Positions 1-10,592 of a stretch of 64,000 nt of DNA are shown piece by piece. Every line of letters begins with the position of its first letter. The first letter of the stretch is position 1. The stretch is from Alphaproteobacteria bacterium (GTDB lineage Bacteria > Pseudomonadota > Alphaproteobacteria > JANQMY01). Below the pieces are notes generated by a model, which made no database searches, had not been told where the DNA came from, and saw only the letters and a list, made by a program, of their open reading frames with translations. The DNA lies in the NCBI GenBank assembly GCA_965228775.1, contig OZ245840.1, positions 2,839,862-2,903,861 of the forward strand, given 5' to 3'. A program made the position numbers and the translations under genes.

Positions 1-490
1 CAAGAGAAGGGGGGCAGTCGATCAATATATAGTCGAGTGGTCTATCACCGGTATCCTTCGGATCAAACTCGTGCTTGGGCGGTGACTGACGTAGGAAATC
101 TTCAACGGCATCCAGCAAACGGTGTGCCCGGCGGTCGAAATCAATCAACTCCAGCTCGGCGCCGGAAAGATCCACCGTGGACGGGATAATAAAAAGACCG
201 GGAATACGGGTGGAGGTAACGGCGTCACTGAGAGGATTATCCCCCATCAGCACATTATAGGAAGATACGTCGCGCGCGGCCCGATCAATACCAAGCCCGG
301 TGCTGGCATTTCCTTGAGGGTCCAAGTCCACAATCATCACTTTTTCCCCGACAGCGGCCAAAGCTGTTCCTAAATTGATCGCGGTCGTTGTCTTACCGAC
401 CCCGCCCTTCTGATTGGCCACCACAATCACCCTCGTCCTAGAGGACGCAGCTTGCGGAGTCGGGGCAACAGCAGCAGTGCTTTCAGACAC
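1..490 (-). CDS. parA: ParA/Soj chromosome partitioning ATPase (3' part outside the window)
   Basis: Manual translation from GTG at 490 gives MSESTAAV...VIVVANQKGGVGKTTTAINLG...IVDLDPQGNAST (deviant Walker A). It lies directly downstream of rsmG and is absent from the ORF track because it is truncated. Confidence 0.96.
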   Translation of the reverse strand, partial: MSESTAAVAPTPQAASSRTRVIVVANQKGGVGKTTTAINLGTALAAVGEKVMIVDLDPQGNASTGLGIDRAARDVSSYNVLMGDNPLSDAVTSTRIPGLFIIPSTVDLSGAELELIDFDRRAHRLLDAVEDFLRQSPPKHEFDPKDTGDRPLDYILIDCPPSL

Positions 491-1109
491 GCTCAAGATC
501 TCCTATGAGCAGGATTTTTCCGTGACTATGAGTTTGGCTCGGCACAGCCTCGACGGTCATATTCCAACATTTATGGGCTAGGGTCAATTCATCATCAAGA
601 TCTTGTCCCTTGTGAAAGGCACAAACTCCCCCTGTTGCCAAGAGCGGATACGCCCATTCCAGTAGTTGAGAAAGGGGCGCACAGGCCCGGGCCGAGACAA
701 TATCTGACTTTTCTGAGGCGCTTTGGGTTTCAATTCGCTCATTATGAACGATCGCATTGGCCCCACTTACCCGTATCGCTTCCTTCAGGAAAAGCGATTT
801 TTTTCGATTACTTTCAATGAGCCGAACCGGAGATGCTTCTCTCGGGCGCAGGATTGCTACCACAATGCCCGGAAACCCCCCGCCTGAGCCTAGATCAACC
901 CAGCGGCCAGTCGGCCAATTGGGGACGATATTCTGAAGCTGGGCTGAGTCGGAGACATGACGCTCCCAGATCTCAGCCTCGGTGGATGGTGCGATCAGGT
1001 TGATACTCTTTTGCCACTTTTTGAGAAGCCCCACATAGGCCTCCAATCGCTCCATTGTTTCACGTGAAACATCGTGCCGGTCACGAAACTCTTTAGCACC
1101 AAATGCCAT
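483..1109 (-). CDS. rsmG: 16S rRNA m7G527 methyltransferase RsmG (GidB)
   Basis: Motifs LLKKWQKSINLI and VDLGSGGGFPG; mnmG-rsmG-parA gene order. Confidence 0.97.
   Translation of the reverse strand: MAFGAKEFRDRHDVSRETMERLEAYVGLLKKWQKSINLIAPSTEAEIWERHVSDSAQLQNIVPNWPTGRWVDLGSGGGFPGIVVAILRPREASPVRLIESNRKKSLFLKEAIRVSGANAIVHNERIETQSASEKSDIVSARACAPLSQLLEWAYPLLATGGVCAFHKGQDLDDELTLAHKCWNMTVEAVPSQTHSHGKILLIGDLERV
1056..1071. promoter_or_regulatory. parS centromere site inside rsmG
   Basis: Perfect 16-bp palindrome TGTTTCACGTGAAACA, matching the ParB-binding consensus. Confidence 0.95.
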
Positions 1110-1127
1110 GGAGAAGACCTAAAAGAC

Positions 1128-2996
1128 CTAAGCCGACCGCCGGGATTTAGCTCCCTTCACATGCGCCAAAACCAACGCCAGTGCCGCCGGTGTCATACCA
1201 TCGATCCGCGCCGCCTGCCCCAGTGTCTCCGGCATTACGGCTGAGAGCTTCTGCCGCATCTCGTTAGAGAGCCCTGAGATAGACTCATAAACCATAGAGG
1301 GGCCGAGCCTTACGGCTTCGTCCCTTTTCAGAGCATCAATATCCCTCTGCTGCCGCTCCAGATATCCTGAATACCTGGCGTCAATCTCCAGCTGTTGCCG
1401 TATCAACGGCTTGATAGCCGACAGGGTCGGCTCAACGCTGCACAGATCGTCAAACGTAACATCCGGATAGGCCAATAGATCCAGGCCACTCCTTCTAACG
1501 CCATCCTGGTTTACGTTTAGCCCCGCCTTCCTGGCCGCAGGCGGTGTTAGAGAAAACTGTGTCACCAAACGCCTGGCCTCCGACAAGTCCGCTGCTTTCC
1601 TAGAATACGCTTCTGCTCTCTCCGGCCCAACGCATCCCCACTCAATCCCCTTCTGCGTCAGCCTCTGATCCGCATTGTCCGCCCTAAGCAACAAACGATA
1701 CTCGGCTCGGGAGGTGAACATCCGATATGGCTCTGTGACACCCCGGGTCACAAGGTCATCGATCATCACACCGATATAACTATCGGACCGGGAGAACAGA
1801 ATTGGATCAGGATCTCCGCTCGCGCGGCGGGCCGCGTTTAGCCCCGCCACCAGCCCTTGAGCCGCCGCCTCTTCGTAGCCAGTGGTGCCATTAATCTGAC
1901 CCGCCAAGAACAAACCAGAAAGCTTAGTCACTTCCAAGGTCGGCCGGAGCTCTCTCGGGTCCACATAGTCATACTCTATGGCATATCCCGGACGAATGAC
2001 CTCAGCAGATCCCAGGCCCGGAATGGTCTTTAGAAACGCAAGTTGGACTTCTTCCGGCAGTGACGTCGAAATACCATTCGGATAAACCGTGTCGTCATCA
2101 AGGCCTTCCGGCTCCAAGAAGATCTGATGGCCTGGCTTCTCCGAAAACCGGACGACTTTATCCTCAATCGACGGACAGTATCTTGGACCCGTCCCTTCAA
2201 TCTGCCCAGAATAGATCGGCGCCCGATCCAGATTCGCCCGGATGATTTTGTGGGTCTCTTCAGTGGTTTTCGTGATGAAGCAATCCACCTGCGGCGTCGT
2301 GATTTCCTTGGTGAGGAACGAAAATGGTTCCGGCGGAGAGTCTCCCGGTTGTGGGTCGAGTCCCGCCCAGTCTATTGTCCTGCCGTCCAGCCGTGGCGGT
2401 GTTCCTGTCTTCAACCGGCCCATCGATAGGCCAAGGCCATAGAGACGCGTTGACAATCCAACCGCCGGAGCTTCGCCCACGCGTCCGGCCGGGATCTTCC
2501 GCTCTCCAATATGAATGACGCCTTTTAGGAAAGTACCCGTGGTCACAATCACCGCGGGGGCCTGATATCTCTGTCCGCTTTCACAGACAACACCTCGAAC
2601 GCTGTTCGATATGACAATGAGATCTTCGACCCCGTCCGCCACGATCTCAAGGCGATCAATCGCCCCCAAGACCGATTGCATATTTTCCCTATAGAGCTTT
2701 CGATCCGCTTGCGCCCTTGGGCCCCGGACCGCAGGCCCCTTCCGCTTATTCAAAACCCGGAACTGAATACCCGCGGCATCCGCCACCCGGCCCATCACAC
2801 CATCAAGGGCATCGATCTCCCGAACAAGGTGGCCTTTCCCCAACCCGCCAATGGCCGGGTTGCAGGACATCTCGCCAATGGTTTCGATCTTGTGAGTCAC
2901 CAGCAATGTCGACGCACCCATGCGCGCAGCCGCAGCGGCGGCTTCACAGCCTGCATGACCACCACCAACAACAATGACGTCAAAATCAGTCTTCAT
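1128..2996 (-). CDS. mnmG: tRNA U34 carboxymethylaminomethyl modification enzyme MnmG (GidA)
   Basis: Motifs [35 protein letters not shown] and [16 protein letters not shown]. Start placed at ATG 2996 (MKTDFDV) rather than 3044. Confidence 0.98.
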   Translation of the reverse strand: MKTDFDVIVVGGGHAGCEAAAAAARMGASTLLVTHKIETIGEMSCNPAIGGLGKGHLVREIDALDGVMGRVADAAGIQFRVLNKRKGPAVRGPRAQADRKLYRENMQSVLGAIDRLEIVADGVEDLIVISNSVRGVVCESGQRYQAPAVIVTTGTFLKGVIHIGERKIPAGRVGEAPAVGLSTRLYGLGLSMGRLKTGTPPRLDGRTIDWAGLDPQPGDSPPEPFSFLTKEITTPQVDCFITKTTEETHKIIRANLDRAPIYSGQIEGTGPRYCPSIEDKVVRFSEKPGHQIFLEPEGLDDDTVYPNGISTSLPEEVQLAFLKTIPGLGSAEVIRPGYAIEYDYVDPRELRPTLEVTKLSGLFLAGQINGTTGYEEAAAQGLVAGLNAARRASGDPDPILFSRSDSYIGVMIDDLVTRGVTEPYRMFTSRAEYRLLLRADNADQRLTQKGIEWGCVGPERAEAYSRKAADLSEARRLVTQFSLTPPAARKAGLNVNQDGVRRSGLDLLAYPDVTFDDLCSVEPTLSAIKPLIRQQLEIDARYSGYLERQQRDIDALKRDEAVRLGPSMVYESISGLSNEMRQKLSAVMPETLGQAARIDGMTPAALALVLAHVKGAKSRRSA

Positions 2997-3047
2997 ATCA
3001 ATCTCGGAAAGTTCCGGCCCTCGGAATGACGGGAGTTCTATCACCGA

Positions 3048-3063
3048 TGTTTCACGTGAAACA
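3048..3063. promoter_or_regulatory. parS centromere site between mnmE and mnmG
   Basis: Second perfect TGTTTCACGTGAAACA, directly after the mnmE stop codon. Confidence 0.95.
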
Positions 3064-4398
3064 CTATTTTCCGATACAGAATTCTTTAAAAACGACGTCT
3101 AGCATATCCTCAACGCCCGCACGCCCCGTAATTTCACCCAGGGCCCTCATCGCCACACGAAGCTCCTCTGCCAACAAATCGGGCTCTTCCGCGGATACTT
3201 CAAGTACCCGATCCAACGCCTCCACGCATCGATCCAATGCGGAACGATGCCGGATCCGGGTTGGAACAATCGCCGGTTTCCTTGAAAGCTGCTCTCTCAG
3301 CATCTTCTCCAGAGACGACAGCAGCTCATCCACACCAGCGCCAGTCTTCACAGAAAGAGTGAGCTCCGAGGGAGACAGCGCCAGCTCATTCTGATCAACC
3401 AGATCCGTTTTATTGACCAGAACCATGTTGGGCGAAAACCCAAAATCCATATCATCTGCAAACGATGAAACATCCCGCATATAAATCCGAATATCAGCGG
3501 ACTCAATTTGGGCCATGGCACGTTCGACACCGATGCGCTCCACATCATCCTCTGCATCCCTCAATCCGGCGGTATCCACCACAGTGACCGGGACACCGCC
3601 TATGTTCAGGTGGATTTCGAGAAAGTCCCTCGTGGTCCCGGGCCGGTCAGATACGATCGCCACATCCCTTTGCGCCAAGAGATTTAGCAGACTCGACTTG
3701 CCCACATTAGGTGGTCCAAAGATTGCGACGCGGAAACCGTCTCGCACACGCTCTCCCAGACTGGCTCCCTCAAGGTGTTTCCTGATCGCCTGCCTCAGAA
3801 CCTCTATCTTCGGCAGAACGAGAACGCTCAACTCGTCCGGCAGGTCTTCATCGGCGAAGTCGATCTCAGCTTCCACATGACCAAGACAACGAATGAGGTC
3901 TCCTCGCCATTCCTCATACAGTTTGGACAACGCCCCATTCATTTGGGAGAACGCCTGTTTTCTCTGGAGAGGTGTCTCAGCCTCGATCAGATCGGAAAGT
4001 CCCTCGACTTCGGTCAGATCCAACCGGCCATTGTGAAACGCCTGTCTAGAGAACTCCCCCGGCTCCGCAAACCGCACACCGTCAATCGCGGAAAGCGCCT
4101 CCAAGACCCCGTCCACAACGGCGCGTCCGCCGTGGGATTGAAATTCCGCAACGTCCTCGCCCGTGAAGCTTTTGGGTCCCTCAAACCAGAGCACAAGACC
4201 CTCGTCTAGGGCTTCGCCACCGGACCAAAACGTCCGAAGAGAAAATGATCCAGCGATCGGTGGTTCGCGACGTGTCAAGCTCTCCACACATTGACGGGCC
4301 TTCGGTCCCGAAACACGGATGACCGCCACACCGGCCGGCACGGACCCAGACGACAGCGCCGCAATCGTATCTATTTGGCCGAAAGGACTTTCGCCCAC
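3064..4398 (-). CDS. mnmE: tRNA modification GTPase MnmE (TrmE)
   Basis: Motifs [35 protein letters not shown] and C-terminal FCIGK. Confidence 0.98.
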   Translation of the reverse strand: MGESPFGQIDTIAALSSGSVPAGVAVIRVSGPKARQCVESLTRREPPIAGSFSLRTFWSGGEALDEGLVLWFEGPKSFTGEDVAEFQSHGGRAVVDGVLEALSAIDGVRFAEPGEFSRQAFHNGRLDLTEVEGLSDLIEAETPLQRKQAFSQMNGALSKLYEEWRGDLIRCLGHVEAEIDFADEDLPDELSVLVLPKIEVLRQAIRKHLEGASLGERVRDGFRVAIFGPPNVGKSSLLNLLAQRDVAIVSDRPGTTRDFLEIHLNIGGVPVTVVDTAGLRDAEDDVERIGVERAMAQIESADIRIYMRDVSSFADDMDFGFSPNMVLVNKTDLVDQNELALSPSELTLSVKTGAGVDELLSSLEKMLREQLSRKPAIVPTRIRHRSALDRCVEALDRVLEVSAEEPDLLAEELRVAMRALGEITGRAGVEDMLDVVFKEFCIGK

Positions 4399-4704
4399 TT
4401 ATTCTTCGTCCTGCGTCTCTTTGCGCCGCGACCGTTTCCGGGTTGGCGATTTCTCCGTCTTCTTTGCGGGATCGATCGCTGTCTTGGCGGCACTCCACAG
4501 AATCTTCTGGAGCTGCTCCAATCCCTGAGCGCCAACAGGCCCCCAGACTTTCATCAAGGTTTCCGGGTCGAGCATGCCCCGCGCCGACTGCATTTGATCC
4601 ATCAAACCGTTGATCATGGCTTCCTGCAGCGGCCCCACATCCGGCAATCCCAGAAGGCGCCGTGCTTCTTCCGGGGTGAGATCAACCTCAACCGTGATTT
4701 TCAT
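4399..4704 (-). CDS. Conserved small alphaproteobacterial protein (DUF6489-like)
   Basis: N-terminus MKITVEVDLTPEEARRLLGLPDV; the stop codon abuts the mnmE start. Confidence 0.8.
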   Translation of the reverse strand: MKITVEVDLTPEEARRLLGLPDVGPLQEAMINGLMDQMQSARGMLDPETLMKVWGPVGAQGLEQLQKILWSAAKTAIDPAKKTEKSPTRKRSRRKETQDEE

Positions 4705-4791
4705 AAACCCGATTCCTTCTCATCTTTGTCATTGAAACCGATTAAAGACGGTATTTCTCCACATCGCATCGCCATGCATTATATAGGGGCC

Positions 4792-6840
4792 ATGAGCAAA
4801 AATATCCTTGGTGAATCCACCAGCCCCTACCTTATTCAGCACAAAGATAATCCCGTCCACTGGCAGGTATGGGGAGCCGAAGCGCTCGCCATGGCCAAAG
4901 CCAAGGACAAGCCAATCTTGCTGTCCGTCGGCTATGCCGCCTGCCATTGGTGCCACGTAATGGCACATGAAAGTTTCGAAGACGACGAAACCGCGAAGCT
5001 CATGAATCAGCTGTTCGTGAACATCAAAGTTGACCGTGAAGAACGGCCCGACATCGATACCATTTATATGAGTGCGCTGCATATGTTGGGGCAACGCGGC
5101 GGCTGGCCCCTTACCATGTTCTTGACGCCAGATGGCGATCCGTTTTGGGGCGGTACTTATTTTCCGAAAGAACCCCGATATGGAATGCCTTCTTTCAAGG
5201 AAGTCTTGACTCAAATCCACAATGCCTATCGCACCTCGCCGCAGAATATCCGCAAGAACACCGAGGCACTGCGGAACGGGTTGGAACAAGAAGCCCGGAA
5301 AGAAACGCCCGGGCAGCTCTCGAGCCAGATCCTCGACGCGGCGGCCGAAAAACTGATCACCATGATCGACATGGAATTAGGCGGCTTGAAGGGCGCTCCC
5401 AAATTTCCCCAAACGGCCTTGCTAGAACTTCTTTGGCGCGCCTATCTGCGAACCGGAAACGAGACCTATCGGGCCGGCGTTGAGATTTCCCTCAACGCCA
5501 TGTGCCAAGGCGGGATCTATGACCACCTAGGGGGCGGCTGGGCACGCTATTCAGTGGACGAGCGCTGGCTTGCCCCTCATTTCGAGAAGATGCTGTATGA
5601 CAATGCCCTCCTGATTCAGCTCCTCACCCAGGTCTGGCGTCACAATCAAAGCCCGCTTTATGAACAGCGGATTGCCGAGACTGTCGACTGGCTCAAGCGG
5701 GAGATGATCGCCAGCAATGGCGGGTTTGCAGCATCCCTTGACGCAGATTCCGAAGGTGAAGAAGGCAAGTTCTACGTTTGGTCGAAAGCGGAACTCGATC
5801 GCCTTTTGCCAGCGGAAAGCCAAACACTGTTTCATCAGACCTATGACGTTTCCGACGGTGGCAACTGGGAAGACACAAACATTCTTAATCGATTGTTATC
5901 GCCCCTTCCCCTGACGGACGCGGAAGAAGATTCACTACATGCTTGCCGACAGCTGCTTCTTGAACACCGGTCCCATCGTGAACGGCCAGGCTGGGACGAC
6001 AAAGTGCTTGCAGACTGGAATGGCTTGATGATCAGTGCACTGACGTCAGCCGGAATGGCGTTCGATCGGGATGACTGGGTTGATTTGGCACGCACCGCAT
6101 ATGAAGCCGTGTGCAGCACCATGGGGTTCACCAAAGACGGTGAAGAGCGTCTTTACCATAGTGCGCGCGATGGTCAGGCCCAGCACTCCGCCACGTCCGA
6201 AGACCATGCCAACATGGCACACGCCGCCCTTCTCTTGTTTGAGGCAACACAGGAAAGCCAATACCTCAAAAAAGCAGAAGCATGGGTGGAAACACTCAAC
6301 ACACATTATTGGGCGGGAGATGCAGGTGGTTATTATCTGACCGCGGATGATGCGGAAGCCCTAATTGTCAGAACACGAACCGCCGACGATGACGCCACCC
6401 CAAACGCCAATGGCACCATGGTCGATGTCCTCACCCGTCTTGGCCACATCACTGGAAATGCGTCCTACGCAGTGCGCGCCGATACGATCTTGCATTCGTT
6501 TGGCGGCGCTGTGCAGACCAACTTTTTCCAGCTAGGCACGCTGCTGAACAATTTCGAGTTCTACACGTCGACCGCTCAAATCGTGATTTGCGGAAACAAA
6601 GACGATGATCAAGTGCAAACGTTCCTTAGAACCGTCCATGGGTTCTCAATCCCGAACCAGCTTCTTCTTTTGATACCGCCCGGAACACAGGTTCCAGATC
6701 ATCATCCCGCCACCGGCAAAGGCATGATCGACGGCATGCCGACGGCCTATATATGCATCGGCCAGACATGTTCGCTTCCTTGCACCGATGTGGCGTCACT
6801 GACCGATAATCTGGAATGTAATTTCAAACAGAAGGCCTGA
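4792..6840 (+). CDS. Thioredoxin-domain protein, YyaL/Ssp411 (DUF255) family
   Basis: Motifs SPYLIQHKDNPVHW, CHWCHVMAHESF, KVDREERPDID and PHFEKMLYDNA. Real start taken as ATG 4792, not 4291. Confidence 0.93.
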   Translation: MSKNILGESTSPYLIQHKDNPVHWQVWGAEALAMAKAKDKPILLSVGYAACHWCHVMAHESFEDDETAKLMNQLFVNIKVDREERPDIDTIYMSALHMLGQRGGWPLTMFLTPDGDPFWGGTYFPKEPRYGMPSFKEVLTQIHNAYRTSPQNIRKNTEALRNGLEQEARKETPGQLSSQILDAAAEKLITMIDMELGGLKGAPKFPQTALLELLWRAYLRTGNETYRAGVEISLNAMCQGGIYDHLGGGWARYSVDERWLAPHFEKMLYDNALLIQLLTQVWRHNQSPLYEQRIAETVDWLKREMIASNGGFAASLDADSEGEEGKFYVWSKAELDRLLPAESQTLFHQTYDVSDGGNWEDTNILNRLLSPLPLTDAEEDSLHACRQLLLEHRSHRERPGWDDKVLADWNGLMISALTSAGMAFDRDDWVDLARTAYEAVCSTMGFTKDGEERLYHSARDGQAQHSATSEDHANMAHAALLLFEATQESQYLKKAEAWVETLNTHYWAGDAGGYYLTADDAEALIVRTRTADDDATPNANGTMVDVLTRLGHITGNASYAVRADTILHSFGGAVQTNFFQLGTLLNNFEFYTSTAQIVICGNKDDDQVQTFLRTVHGFSIPNQLLLLIPPGTQVPDHHPATGKGMIDGMPTAYICIGQTCSLPCTDVASLTDNLECNFKQKA

Positions 6841-6912
6841 TTGGCTGTTTCATTTTTCAGGCCTCCGAATTACGGTTAACCAAATTTTTTTCCCAGTCAC
6901 AGGAGATTTTGC

Positions 6913-7611
6913 GTGAGCGGACAGGACATTACCATTTCCGGCCCGGATGGATCATTCGGCGGTTACCTTGCCACCCCGGCCAGCGGCAGCGGACCTGGTG
7001 TGGTTGTTATCCAGGAAATATTCGGCGTTAACAAAGTCATGCGGGATATCGCCGACGGATTGGCCGCGCAAGGATACACGGCCTTATGCCCAGACCTTTT
7101 CTGGCGCATTGAGCCTGGAATCCAGCTAACCGATCAGTCGCAGGAAGAATGGCAAAAGGCTTTCGATCTCTTCGGCAAGTTCGACGTCGATGCCGGCGTG
7201 AAAGACATTGACGCAACGATTTCCCACCTGCGTGGACTGGAAGGAAGTTCCGGCAAAGTCGGCGCGGTTGGATACTGCCTTGGCGGGCTTCTCGCTTACC
7301 TCACCGCCGCCCGCACCTCTGCCGATGCAAGCGTCGGTTTTTATGGCGTCAACATTCAAGAAAAGCTGAGCGAAGCCGGAAACATCTCAAAGCCGCTTAT
7401 GCTGCATGTGGCAACAAAGGACCAGTTTGTTCCCCCAGAAGCCCAACAGGCGGTGAAGGACGGCCTTAGCGGAAATGCCAATGTCACCATCCATTCTTAT
7501 GAAGGCAACGATCATGCGTTCGCGCGCGTCGGCGGTGAACACTACGACAAAGCCGCCGCTGACCTTGCCAATCAACGCACGGCCGACTTCTTCAAATCGA
7601 ACTTGGCTTAA
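6913..7611 (+). CDS. Dienelactone hydrolase family protein
   Basis: Motifs QEIFGVN, nucleophile GYCLGG and HAF; AGGAG RBS upstream. Confidence 0.93.
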   Translation: MSGQDITISGPDGSFGGYLATPASGSGPGVVVIQEIFGVNKVMRDIADGLAAQGYTALCPDLFWRIEPGIQLTDQSQEEWQKAFDLFGKFDVDAGVKDIDATISHLRGLEGSSGKVGAVGYCLGGLLAYLTAARTSADASVGFYGVNIQEKLSEAGNISKPLMLHVATKDQFVPPEAQQAVKDGLSGNANVTIHSYEGNDHAFARVGGEHYDKAAADLANQRTADFFKSNLA

Positions 7612-7623
7612 AGAGGCAATCTC

Positions 7624-8595
7624 ATGCACGGCTTTCGGATTGAGCAGCCAGGCCCACCGGACGTACTCAAATGGCAAGAAATCGACCTGCCTGATCCAGA
7701 GCCCGGTCAAGTTCAAATCAAACACCGGACCTGTGGCGTCAACTATATCGACGTTTATCACCGGTCCGGCCTTTACCCACTTCCGTTGCCAACCGGCATT
7801 GGTTTAGAAGCATGTGGCACGGTCGTTTCTGTTGGTGACGGTGTTTCCAACCTTGCAGTTGGCGATAGGGTTGCCTACGGAACCGGTCCGCTCGGCGCTT
7901 ACAGCGAAGCGGCAAATGTTGGTGCTGACCGGGTGGTTAAAGTGCCGGAAACCATTTCCGACGACGTCGCCGCCGCAATGATGCTCAAAGGCATGACAGC
8001 ACAATACCTCCTCCGGCAAACCTATGAGGTAAAGTCAGGCGACACGATTTTGGTCCACGCGGCCGCCGGCGGTGTCGGTCTCATCATGTGCCAATGGGCG
8101 AGCAATCTTGGCGCCACGGTCATCGGCACCGTGGGCAGTGAAGAAAAAGCCGAACTGGCCAAACAGCATGGCTGCCATCACGCCATCCTTTACCGGGAAG
8201 AAAGCGTCCCAGAAAAAGTACGCGCGCTTACCGACGGCAAAGGCGTCCCAGTCGTTTACGATTCCGTCGGCAAGGACACATTCGATGGGTCTATCGACAG
8301 CCTCCATCCTCGGGGGCTCATGGTTTCTTTCGGCAACGCATCCGGGCCGGTACCACCGGTTGATATGGGCATGTTGTCTCAAAAGGGATCGCTTTATGTG
8401 ACCCGGCCAACCTTGTTCAACTACACCCAGTCCGCTGAAGATTTAGCGAAGACCGCCGCCGACGTGGTTGACGTCATCTCAAAAGGCATTGTGAAGATCG
8501 ATATCCACCAACGATATGCGCTTAAAGATGCGCGCCAGGCGCATAAGGACTTGGAAGCACGGCGAACCACCGGCGCGACAATCCTGATTCCTTAG
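7624..8595 (+). CDS. qor: NADPH:quinone oxidoreductase (zeta-crystallin/MDR family)
   Basis: Motifs GVNYIDVYHRSGLY, HAAAGGVG, VVYDSVGKDTF and GSLYVTRP. Confidence 0.93.
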   Translation: MHGFRIEQPGPPDVLKWQEIDLPDPEPGQVQIKHRTCGVNYIDVYHRSGLYPLPLPTGIGLEACGTVVSVGDGVSNLAVGDRVAYGTGPLGAYSEAANVGADRVVKVPETISDDVAAAMMLKGMTAQYLLRQTYEVKSGDTILVHAAAGGVGLIMCQWASNLGATVIGTVGSEEKAELAKQHGCHHAILYREESVPEKVRALTDGKGVPVVYDSVGKDTFDGSIDSLHPRGLMVSFGNASGPVPPVDMGMLSQKGSLYVTRPTLFNYTQSAEDLAKTAADVVDVISKGIVKIDIHQRYALKDARQAHKDLEARRTTGATILIP

Positions 8596-8619
8596 AACGC
8601 AATTCTAATCCCTGATGGA

Positions 8620-9891
8620 TTAGGTGTTCATGCTGTCGAAGAATTCGTCGTTGGTCTTGCTCGTGCGCAGCTTGTCGAGCAGGAACTCGATGGCATCCAC
8701 CGTCCCCATTGGGTTGAGGATCCGCCGAAGCACGTACATTTTCTGCAACGTGCCCTTCTCGACCAGCAGCTCTTCCTTCCGTGTGCCGGACCTGGTGATG
8801 TCGATCGACGGGAAGACCCGCTTATCGGCGACTTTACGGTCAAGGATGATTTCCGAGTTACCAGTGCCCTTGAATTCCTCGAAGATGACTTCATCCATCC
8901 GGCTGCCGGTATCGATCAGCGCCGTCGCAATAATCGTCAGTGAGCCGCCTTCTTCAATGTTACGCGCCGCGCCAAAGAAGCGCTTTGGACGCTGTAAGGC
9001 ATTGGCGTCAACACCACCCGTCAGCACCTTACCCGACGAAGGAACCACTGTGTTATAGGCACGGCCCAAACGGGTGATCGAATCCAGCAGGATAACCACA
9101 TCCCGTCCATGTTCGGTCAACCGTTTTGCTTTCTCGATGACCATTTCCGCCACTTGCACGTGGCGTCCCGCAGGTTCGTCAAAAGTTGACGAGATTACCT
9201 CGCCCTTCACCGACCGCTGCATATCCGTCACTTCTTCTGGACGTTCATCGATCAACAAGACAATCAAATAACATTCCGGATGATTGCTGGTGATGGAATG
9301 GGCAATGTTCTGCAACAATACCGTTTTACCGGTACGCGGCGGCGCCACAATCAGACCACGCTGGCCTTTGCCCAATGGCGCCACCAAATCAATGACCCTT
9401 GAGCTCATGTCCTTCACGGTCGGATCTTCGATTTCCATATTGATCCGCTCTTCAGGATAAAGCGGCGTCAAATTATCGAAATGGACCTTGTGGCGCGTCT
9501 TCTCCGGATCTTCGAAGTTGATCGATGTGACCTTGAGCAGCGCGAAATAACGTTCGCCGTCTTTCGGCGAGCGAATTTGCCCTTCAACCGTATCCCCCGT
9601 CCGCAACGAAAAGCGGCGGATTTGACTGGGGCTTACATAGATGTCATCCGGTCCTGGAAGATAATTCGCTTCCGGAGACCGCAGAAATCCGAACCCGTCC
9701 TGCAAAACTTCGAGAACCCCGCCGCCCGTTATTTGGACGTCGTTCTCCGCAAGCTGCTTCAAAATCGCAAACATCATGTCTTGTTTGCGCATAGCACTTG
9801 CGTTTTCGACTTCTAACTCTTCAGCGAAGGCCAGCAGATCTGTCGGCGTCTTTGCCTTCAGCTCCTGCAATTTCATCTCGTGAACCGTCAT
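8620..9891 (-). CDS. rho: Transcription termination factor Rho
   Basis: Motifs [16 protein letters not shown] and [13 protein letters not shown]. Confidence 0.99.
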   Translation of the reverse strand: MTVHEMKLQELKAKTPTDLLAFAEELEVENASAMRKQDMMFAILKQLAENDVQITGGGVLEVLQDGFGFLRSPEANYLPGPDDIYVSPSQIRRFSLRTGDTVEGQIRSPKDGERYFALLKVTSINFEDPEKTRHKVHFDNLTPLYPEERINMEIEDPTVKDMSSRVIDLVAPLGKGQRGLIVAPPRTGKTVLLQNIAHSITSNHPECYLIVLLIDERPEEVTDMQRSVKGEVISSTFDEPAGRHVQVAEMVIEKAKRLTEHGRDVVILLDSITRLGRAYNTVVPSSGKVLTGGVDANALQRPKRFFGAARNIEEGGSLTIIATALIDTGSRMDEVIFEEFKGTGNSEIILDRKVADKRVFPSIDITRSGTRKEELLVEKGTLQKMYVLRRILNPMGTVDAIEFLLDKLRTSKTNDEFFDSMNT

Positions 9892-10083
9892 CGGCTTGAA
9901 CTTCGTAATCGGAACGTTAATGGGTTAAGTGGTTGAAAACGGGCCGCTTTGTCTGCATTTCCGGTCGCGATTGACCAAGCGGGATAGGAAAGGAATGAAA
10001 GTTTGGCAGATTGTCAGCGGCTCTGGTCTCGGACCGGACGAGCAGAACTCATATTAGAGAGATATTCTGACACCCTTTTGGAC

Positions 10084-10112
10084 ATATAAGCTGATTTGCA
10101 TCACCAAACAAG
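10084..10112 (-). promoter_or_regulatory. Putative rho promoter (CTTG-N18-CTTATAT; sigma70- or RpoH-type)
   Basis: Minus strand reads CTTG tttggtgatgcaaatcag CTTATAT, about 190 nt upstream of the rho start. Confidence 0.5.
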
Positions 10113-10133
10113 AGGCACAAATGAGCGGATTGC

Positions 10134-10586
10134 CTAAAACGGCTTCAGAATGACCAAAAAAACGATGCCGATCATCAGCACTGTGGGCACTTCATTGATA
10201 ATTCTAAAGAACTTCGCAGGGCGTTCATTACGATCAGCGGCGAAATCTTTGCGCAGTTTGGCAAAGAAACCGTGAACGCCGGTCAAACCGAGCAACAAAA
10301 GCAATTTTCCGTGAAACCAACCCGCCGACCACGCATCCACATTCGGCATGACAGACAGCAGCAGCCCAAACACCCATGTGGCAATCATCGCAGGCGTCAT
10401 GATGATCCGAAGAAGTTTTTCTTCCATCATCTTGAAGGTTTCGGACATAGGCGACCCTTTGGGCGCATCTACATGATAGACGAAGAGACGCGGCAGATAG
10501 AGCATTCCGGCCATCCATGAAATCACCGCGATAAGGTGCAGCGCCTTGATGGGCAGGTAAAAATCCACCAGAAAATCCATGATCAT
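10134..10586 (-). CDS. hemJ: Protoporphyrinogen oxidase HemJ
   Basis: Motifs KALHLIAVISWMAGMLYLPRLFVYH and NEVPT...VILKPF; hemE-hemH-hemJ-rho order. Confidence 0.96.
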   Translation of the reverse strand: MIMDFLVDFYLPIKALHLIAVISWMAGMLYLPRLFVYHVDAPKGSPMSETFKMMEEKLLRIIMTPAMIATWVFGLLLSVMPNVDAWSAGWFHGKLLLLLGLTGVHGFFAKLRKDFAADRNERPAKFFRIINEVPTVLMIGIVFLVILKPF

Positions 10587-10592
10587 CGCCCC

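Noticed and set aside
4291-4791. N-terminal extension of the 849-aa ORF
   Set aside because: It overlaps mnmE and the DUF6489-like gene on the other strand; family similarity starts at ATG 4792.
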